Assembly: GCF_009914755.1 (NCBI RefSeq)
Contig: NC_060938.1
Length of the DNA stretch: 64,000 nt
Source: the human T2T-CHM13v2.0 reference genome, Homo sapiens
Direction: 5' to 3' (one strand)
The position numbers were made by a program, and so were the translations under genes. How positions within the stretch are numbered: the first letter of the stretch is position 1; each line of letters begins with the position of its first letter. Positions 51,831 to 64,000 of the stretch are shown one piece after another. The notes below the pieces were generated by a model, which was not told where the DNA came from, ran no database searches, and saw only the letters and a program-made list of their open reading frames with translations.

Positions 51831-53506
51831 GTTAAAAGTTAAAGTGTAAATGTAAAGTACTCAAGTGTTTTGGGCAGAGTTTTATATTAGACCAGTAATA
51901 CTTATTTAAATAAACAGTTCCAAAGTATTTTTGCTTAAAAAAAAAACGCACAAGTTAGTATTAATAAGTAATTTTTAACAAGGCTATTCAATAAAGCTTT
52001 AAAAATAAAATTATAGAATAAAGTTATTCCAAACTGCTACAAAACACTGCAAGAATGATAATACAATGACTTAGATATTGATAGTACTTACCCGCATGGT
52101 TCTTTTACTTTAGGGCTCATCCAGACAACACTTCACCATCCACAGTAGCAAAACAGGTTGTTAAATAATAAAACTTTTGTCAGACTAGTTTACTTAATTT
52201 TCCCAACACTAATCATTGAGATATTTCTAGTGTTCTAAATTAACTGGCTATTGTAAACATTGATCTATATATTCCCAATGTTATTAAATGAATAACACTG
52301 TAATGATTTACTTGATTTACTATATAGATTTACTTGATTCATATAAATGGTGTCAACTTTCAGGAATTTTTTAATAAGCCACAGATTAGGCAAAAAGAAA
52401 TCAACTGAAGAATTTCTTATTCCTGAAAAATGATAATATAATGACATTGTCTCATTTAATGTGTAGTTAAAATGCCAAATTTATGATATTTTTATTTGAT
52501 TAGTTAAATGAGATATTCAGGCAACATAGCTAAAAGTTCTTTGTTTATGTAGAATATCAAATATTCATGTTACTGCACAATGGACAAGATTGTGTTCTAG
52601 AGTAAATTAAACCACTCCCCAGAAATGTTAAAAAACAAGTGAGTGAACAAAATTGTCTAAAGCCATTTCTCCTTGCAATAAATTAAGATTTGGATCAGCA
52701 GTTCTAAGGGAGTGTGATGGCTGCCAAGAGGCAATATGGCAGCCTCGTGAATCTGGAATTGGATAAAGTATTACCTGAGAGTTTCTTATAATATTTCTGT
52801 ATTCAGAACACCACGAAAAATAAAATCTATTTTAAAATTAAAGATGTATCTACTAAAGGCAGATTCTTTATCAATACATTATTTTTCTAGAGTGTGCTTT
52901 ATGGGAAAAATATTTTTTAAAAATTATTATGGTTACGTAATAGTTGTACATGTTTATAACATACATGTGATATTTTGATACAGCCATAAAATGTGTAATG
53001 ATTGATCAAATCAGAGTAATTGTGTAATTAGCATATCCATCACCTTAAGCATTTACCATTTCTCTGTGTTGGAGACATTTCAATTCCACTATTTTAGTTA
53101 TTTTAAATACACAGTAAATTGTTAACTATAGTCACCCTATTGTGCTACCAAATACTAGATCTTATTCATTCTATCTAACTCTATTTTTGTACCTATTAAC
53201 CTTTCCCACTTTATCTCCCAACTCCCTGCTAACTTTCTTAGCCTTTGGTAACCATCATTTTACTCTCTATCTTCTTTTCTTTTTTAAAAAAATTTTATTA
53301 TTATTATACTTTAAGTTTTAGGGTACATGTGCACAAGGTACAGATGTGTTACGTATGTATACATGTGCCATGTTGGTGTGCTTCACCCATTAACTCGTCA
53401 TTTACATTAGGTATATCTCCTAATGCTATCCCTTGTCCCTCCCCCCAACCCACAGCAGTCCCCAGTGTGTGATGTTCCCATTCCTGTGTCCATGTGTTCT
53501 CATTGT

Positions 53507-57330
<3,824 letters not shown>

Positions 57331-57393
57331 TATGATGTTAGCTGGTTCTTTTGCTCATTAGTTGATGCAGTTTCTTCCTAGGCTTGATGGTCT

Positions 57394-58406
57394 TTACAAT
57401 TTGGCATGTTTTTGCAGTGGCTGGTACCGGTCGTTCCTTTCCATGTTTAGTGCTTCCTTCAGGAGCTCTTTTAGGGCAGGCCTGGTGGCGACAAAATCTC
57501 TCAGCATTTGCTTGTCTGTAAAGTATTTTATTTCTCCTTCGCTTATGAAGCTTAGTTTGGCTGGATATGAAATTCTTTGTTGAAAATTCTTTTCTTTCAG
57601 AATGTTGAATATTGGCCCCCACTCTCTTCTGGCCTGTAGAGTTTCTACTGAGAGATCAGCTGTTAGTCTGATGGGCTTCCCTTTGTGGGTAACCCAACCT
57701 TTCTCTCTGGCTGCCCTTAACATTTTTTCCTTCATTTCAACTTTGGTGAATATGAAAATTATGTGTCTTGGAGTTGCTCTTCTCGAGGAGTATCTTTGTG
57801 GCGTTCTCTGTATTTCCTGAATTTGAATGTTGGCCTGCCTTGCTAGATTGCAGAAGTTCTCATGGGTAATATCCTGCAGTGTCTTCCAACTTGGTTCCAT
57901 TCTCCCTGTCACTTTTCAGGTACACCAATGAGACGTAGATTTGGTCTTTTCACATAGTCCCATATTTCTTGGAGGCTTTGTTCGTTTCTTTTTATTCTTT
58001 TTTCTCTAAACTTCTCACTTCATTTCATTCATTTCATCTTCCATCGCTGATACCTTTTCTTCCAGTTGATTGCATCGGCTACTGAGGCTTGTGCATTCAT
58101 TACATAGTTCTCGTGCTGTGGTTTTCAGCTCCATCAGGTCCTTTAAGGACTTCTCTGCATTGGTTATTCTAGTTAGCCATTCATCTAATTATTTTTCAAG
58201 GTTTTTTAACTTCTTTGCCATTGGTTCGAACTTCCTCCTTTAGCTCGGAGTAGTTTGATCTTCTGAAGCCTTCTTCTCTCAGCTCGTCAAAGTCATTCTC
58301 CGTCCAGGTTTGTTCCATTGCTGGTGAGGGGCTGCATTCCTTTGGAGGAGGACAGGCACGCTCTGCTTTTTAGAGTTTCCAGTTTTTCTGCTCTGATTTT
58401 CCCCAT
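57394..58406 (-). pseudogene. Disrupted L1 ORF1 (RNA-binding protein)
   Basis: ATG at 58406 (ATGGGGAAAA). The C-terminal frame 57394-57912 reads ...RREWGPIFNILKEKNFQ.RISYPAKLSF...QPLQKHAKL and is not continuous with the start. Confidence 0.92.
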
Positions 58407-58981
58407 CTTTGTTGTTTTATCTACCTTTGGTCTTTGATGATGGTGACGTACAGATGGGTTTTTGGTGTGGATGTCCTTTCTGTTTGTTAGTTTTCCTTCT
58501 AACAGACAGGACCCTCAGCTGCAGGTCTGTTGGAATTTGCTAGAGGTCCACTCCAGACCCTGTTTGCCTGGGTATCACCAGCGGTGGCTGCAGAACAGCG
58601 GATATTGGTGGACTGCAAATGCTGCTGCCTGATTGTTCCTCTGGAGGTTTTGTCTCAGAGGAGTACCCAGCCGTGTGAGGTGTCAGTCCACCCCTACTGG
58701 GGGGTGCCCCCCAGTTAGGCTACTCGGGGGTCAGGAACCCACTTGAGGAGGCAGTCTGCCAGTTCTCAGATCTGAAGCTGCATGCTGGGAGACTCACTAC
58801 TCTCTTCAAAGCTGTCAGACGGGGACATTTACGTCTGCAGATGTTACTGCTGCCTTTTGTTTGTCTGTGCCCTGCCCCCAGAGGTGGAGCCTACAGAGGC
58901 AGGCAGGCTTCCTTGAGCTGTGGTGGGCTCCACCCAGTTCGAGCTTCCTGGCGACTTTGTTTACCTACTCAAGCCTGGGCA

Positions 58982-59056
58982 ATGGCAGAAGCCCCTCCCC
59001 CAGCCTCGCTGCCACCTTGCAGTTTGATCTCAGACTGCTGTGCTGGCAATGAGTGA
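58982..59056 (+). pseudogene. L1 antisense ORF0, truncated to 24 codons
   Basis: Reads MAEAPPPASLPPCSLISDCCAGNE*, against the recalled L1HS ORF0 start MAGAPPPASLPPCSLISDCCASNQR. The TGA at 59054-59056 falls at the Arg codon. Confidence 0.8.
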
Positions 59057-62009
59057 GGATCCATGGGCATAGGACCCTCTGAGCCATGTGTGGGATATAA
59101 TCTCCTGGTGTGCCGTTTGTTAAGCCCATTGGAAAAGCGCAGTATTAGGGTGGGAGTGACCTGATTTTCCAGGTACCATCTGTCACCCTTTCTTTGACTA
59201 GGAAAGGGAATTCCCTGACCCCTTGCACTTCCCCAGTGATGCGATGCCTCACCCTACTTCAGCTCATGCACGGTGCGCTGCATCCACTGTCCTGCACCCA
59301 CTTTCCGGCACTGCCCAGTGAGATGAACCTGGTACCTCAGTTGGAAATGCAGAATTCACCCATCTTCTGCTTTGCTCACGCTGGGTGCTGTAGACTGGAG
59401 CTGTTCCTATTCAGCCATCTTGGCTCCACCCCCTCTCTATCTTCTTGAGTTCAATTTTGTTTTTAGTTTCTTCGTTTGAGTGAGATCATGCAGTAGTTGT
59501 CTTTCTACGCCTGGCTTATTTCACTTCACATCATGTTGACCACTTGTACCCATGTTGTTGCGAATGAGAGGATTTCATTCTTTTTTATGGCTTAATAGTG
59601 TTCCATTGTGTATATATGCCACATTTTATCTTTTCATCTGTTGATGGACACTTAGACTGATTCCATATCTTGGTTATTGTGAATAGTGCTGCAATGAACT
59701 CAGAAGTGCATTTATCACTTACATACACTTATTTCCTTTCTTTTGGATACATACCCAGAAGTGGGATTGCTGGATAATATAATAGTCCTATTTTTAATTT
59801 TGGGGGAACCTTCATATTGTTGTCCATAGTGGCTGTATTAATTTACACTCCCACCAACAATGTATGAGGGTTCCTCTTTCACTTCCTTGCCAGTATTCAT
59901 TATTTTCTGTATTTTGGATAAAAGCCATTTTAACTAGAGTGAGATAATATCTCATTATGGTTTTCTTTGCATTTCTCTAATGATTAGTAACGTTGAACAT
60001 TTTCTCAAATACCTGCCGGCCATTTGTATGTCTTTAATAAATGCCTATTCAGAACTTTTGCCTATTTTTAAATTGGATTATTTGGGGGTTTTTTTGTTGC
60101 AATTGCATCGTTTGAGCTCCTTATATATTCTAGTTATTAATCCCTTGTCATATGTGCAGTTTGCAAATAATTTCTTCCATTATGTGGATTGTCTTTTTAC
60201 TCCATTGATTGTTCTTTGCACTGTGCAAAGGCTTTTTAGCTTGATGTGCCCATTTTTGCTTTGGTTGCCTGTGCTTTTGAGGCCTTGCTCAAAATAATCT
60301 TTGTCCAAATCGATGTCTTGGAATGTTTCCTCAAGTTTTATTCTAGTATTTTTATAGGTTCAAGTCTTAGGTTTAAATCTTAGTCTATTTTGATTTGAAA
60401 CACCATTCAGAAGCTAAGGCCTGGAATCAGGGGTTTCAGGAATCTGCTTGGTTCTTTATTTTACTGCGGCTGAGCTGGTACCCAAATTGCAAGACAAAGT
60501 CCTCTGTACTCTTCCCTCTCCTTTTCCCAAGCATAAGGAGTTCTCCATGAGCTGTACTGCTTGGAATTTAGGTATGAGGGATACAGGTACTCCTTTGGCT
60601 GCTAGAGCTGGCATCACTGGGTTGCACACACCACATGTCCACTGCATTTAACACCAGGGAAGCACCCAGGCTGGCCAAAAGACTGCAGTTTTTGTGGCCT
60701 GACAGCCACACGTATTTATTCAAAGATCCTGGCCACTTTAGTCACCTGGTGGTACAGCTTGCCAGGACTCGGTTTCCTTAAACTGGGGCTGTGAATTCCC
60801 TTCTAGCCCAGGGTTGGTCTAAGTGCATCCTCTTTCTTTCCTGTGATGTGTTCTACTGTGAAAAAGAATCACTGGGTTCCAATGCAAAGGCCCACACTCA
60901 CCTTCTTCAAGTACACAGATGCTCTATCTATGTGGCACTGATGAGGAATTCAGAAAGGGTGGTGCAGACAATGCAAGACTGTCTTTCCTACCCTCTTCAA
61001 TACCTCTTTTTTTGATATTATGTTAAACCCAGGTATTGTGATCACTTACTTGATTTTTTCGTTTTTATGAGGGTGTTTTCTAGCATATAGTTGTTCAATT
61101 TGGTGCTCCTGTTGGGCAACAATCACTGAAGGGTACTATTCATCCATCCTGCTCTGCCTCCTTCTTTGGAAAAATGTTTTCAGATGTTCTTTTTGGTATT
61201 ACATATTGATGATACATATATATGGCGCTGCCATTTTTTCTCTAAGGATATAATTATCTTTGCTGAGAATCAGCTTGCAAAGACAAGGCAAACTTTGTGG
61301 AATCCCCAGTAGCGATCATCAAGTTGATATGATGTATAATGATACAGAAATGAAAGTCTGCACCTTACTTAATAAGCTTTATCCTAGAAGTTGTCTAGAA
61401 TAAGCAGCTTTAGGTAGTGATGGTCTTGTAAGATGTAACAAGGGGAAACAGATCCACTGGCCTTGACATATAATCATAAAAGAGAAGTAGTTCAGATGGC
61501 TTCATTGGTTAAGGAAAAAGACAAAAGAAAACCAGAATTTCAAGTATTATTTTTAATTATCAGATAGGTGAGCTACATTCTGTGTGAAAGTTGAACTGTT
61601 TGTTGACTTTTTTGAGAGTTTGCATTATGCACACAACTGAGTAATGCAGCAGCCTCCCTTGATATCCCCTTCATTTAAATCATACTAAACTAGAATAAGC
61701 AGAACCCTTTTTTTCACTACAGCTCTAACACCTCTTAAACTAATGAGACTATCAGAAGGAAGCAATTTATATTCATTATTTCTTACCTGCTGGATTTGCA
61801 TGCAGTTGACTCTGACTGATCATCGTGGAAACAGTGGTCAAAGACTAGGTGAAATTGAGGACTAGTAGGATTTCTTACTAATGTCTTAAATTTAAATCAC
61901 ATGAAGTGTTTGGTAGATTTTTAATCGAAACATATTAACAATCATTTTAAATGTTATCAGGATTGGCACAAGAGAGTAAGGGAAAAATGAAGTAATGACC
62001 AAAACTCTT

Positions 62010-64000
62010 TCATATTTTCTGAAAGACATGAATGTACAGAAACAATCAGCACAGCACATGCAAAACAGGATATATTGAAAAATAAAACCAACTTGTCATG
62101 TGATACTCCTTTTTAAAAAAATTTGAAAGAAGCCAGAGAAAAAGGCCAATTATGTACTATGGAACAACTATTTGAATATCCATGGAGTTGTCATCTGAAA
62201 TCATTAAGGTCAGAATGTCATCTGAAATCATTAAGGTCAGAAGACTGTGGAAGAGTCTTTAAAATTGTGAAAGAAAAAATGAAATGACCTAGAATTCTAT
62301 ATTTAGTAAAAATATGTCAGAAATGAAGTTGAAATAATATTTTAAAAGAAAAGAAAACTGAGAGGATTCTCATTAGCAGATCTGAACTACAAAATATGCT
62401 TAAGGAAGTTTTTCAGGCTGAGGGAAATTGTACCACAAGGAGACTTGGATTACCAGGAAGGAATGAAGAACACTAGAAATACTAAATATCTGAGAATGGA
62501 CAAAAAAAATACAAAGGACTGTTTAAAGCTAAAATGACAATACAGTTTTGTGATTTTTTTCAAATATAAAAGATAACAGGAGTCAAATGGGAACATATTT
62601 ATTGGAAGTTTTCTACATTTTATATGAAGTAGTACAATATTAACTTTAAGTAAACTGTGAAAGGTTAGGAATATATATTGTAGTCTGCAGAACAAGCTCT
62701 TCGAAATAATAAAAACAGGATACAAAAAGCCAATAAATGGGGTAAAATGAAATTCCAAATAATATTCAAATGCCACTAAAGAAAGTAGGAAAGGCAGATC
62801 AGAGGAAAAAAGAACATATGGAACAAGCAGAAATTGAATAATAGAATAATAGATCTAAATCTAACCATGTCAATAACATTAAAGTTAGTGCTCTAAGTAT
62901 TTTAACTAAAAGACAGTTTATTAGAGTTAAAAAAAGAAAAGGGCAGGTTCAATGTTCTGATGCCTACAAGAGCTATGCTTTAAAATAGAAACAGTTTGGG
63001 GGTAAATGAATAGAAACAGTTGTGCCTCAAAACTAGAAAGCATGAGATTGCAGTATATATAGTAGACTCAACATAATAAACTTCAAGATAAAGTATTATT
63101 GGAGGTAAAAGAAGACATTTCATGATAACAAACTAGACAGGAAGACAACAATTATAAATATGCGTATACTTAACAAAAGTGATGCATGATTTTCTAATTG
63201 TGAACTTTAATTCCAGAAATTGATAGAACAATTCTCATCTACTGATGGAACTAGAAAAAAACATCAGTAATGACACAGAAGATTTGGACATCACCATAAA
63301 TCACCTTGATCTAATTGATATTTAAAGTATGCTATACCCAACAAATGCAAACTACATATTCTTTTTAAGTGTACTTGGTAAATTCATCAATATATATCAT
63401 CTGTTATAATCATAAACAAGTCTCAGTAAGTGTAAAAAGACTGAAATTATATAGTCTGCTCTCTCACCACAGTGGAACTTATTTAGAAATTATTAACAAA
63501 ATATTATCTAGGAAAACATTAAATACAACACTTCTAAATAATTTATGGGTCAAGGAACAAATTACAGGAAAATTACGAAGCTTTCTGAACTGTATGATAG
63601 TGAATATATAACATACAAAATATGTAGTTTGCAACTAAAACAGTGCTTAGGGAGAAATTCATAGCTTTAAATAATTAAATTTAGAAGAATAAAGATACAA
63701 AATGAAAGATCTAAATTTTCTTCCTCAAGAAGTAAGAAAACTGAAGAGCAAAGTGAAAACAAAGTAAGTAGAAGGAAGGAAATTATAAATATAAAAGGAA
63801 CAATTAAGAAAACCCAAACACATGGATCAAATTACTAATAAAAAATTAATATTAGTTCTTTATAAAGATGAACAATATTTGCAATCTTATAGCTAGAATT
63901 GGTCAAAATAAAAACAGTATACAAATCACTAATATGAAGGATGAAAAAGTTTGAACTATAGGCTTATTAAAAGTAACAAAAATATTATGAGCAGCTTTAT
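62010..64000 (+). mobile_element. Old L1 (L1MC/MD-like) ORF1 end and ORF2 EN region, running off the window
   Basis: CCTAGAATTCTATAT..AGTAAAAATAT (~62288), CTTGATCTAATTGATATTTA (~63305) and ORF 63369 (LLSHHSG..LEI...TLLNNLWVKEQI). Confidence 0.85.
62189..62242 (+). repeat. Perfect 27-bp tandem duplication
   Basis: TGTCATCTGAAATCATTAAGGTCAGAA occurs twice, at 62189-62215 and 62216-62242. Confidence 0.95.

Noticed and set aside
60360-60440. Spliced L1 insertion (SpIRE)
   Set aside because: Comparison with the homologous L1MA in this window suggests the missing segment does not begin with GT or end with AG. The junction looks like microhomology.

Overview
This is primate, very probably human, genomic DNA: AT-rich, CpG-poor and dominated by layered retroelement and DNA-transposon fossils. 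I could not support any host protein-coding exon, tRNA, rRNA or CRISPR array. All recognisable ORFs in the track are decayed LINE-1 ORF1/ORF2/ORF0 pieces or translated Alu/LTR sequence. Main elements: (1) a TSD-flanked L1MA (1187-10345) containing a complete THE1 provirus and an Alu/(CCTT)n block that replaces its endonuclease region; (2) a TSD-flanked, ~6.16-kb full-length L1PA4/5-type element (53277-59432) nested in an internally deleted L1MA; (3) many MaLR/ERV1 solo LTRs, L2, MIR, L3/CR1, MER82, MER45A and MER53. The best items for a second look are an old ~310-bp non-TE direct duplication (12316/13715), an internal L1 fragment with no tail or TSD (49898-50784) that looks like a break-repair capture, several deletion-associated insertions, DUX4/ZNF93-type motifs in TEs, two motif-dense candidate enhancers, a perfect hairpin next to a consensus splice donor, and a few isolated candidate non-coding exons. 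I found no convincing undescribed biological system. Subfamily names come from recalled consensus features, not a database search, and boundaries of old elements are approximate.
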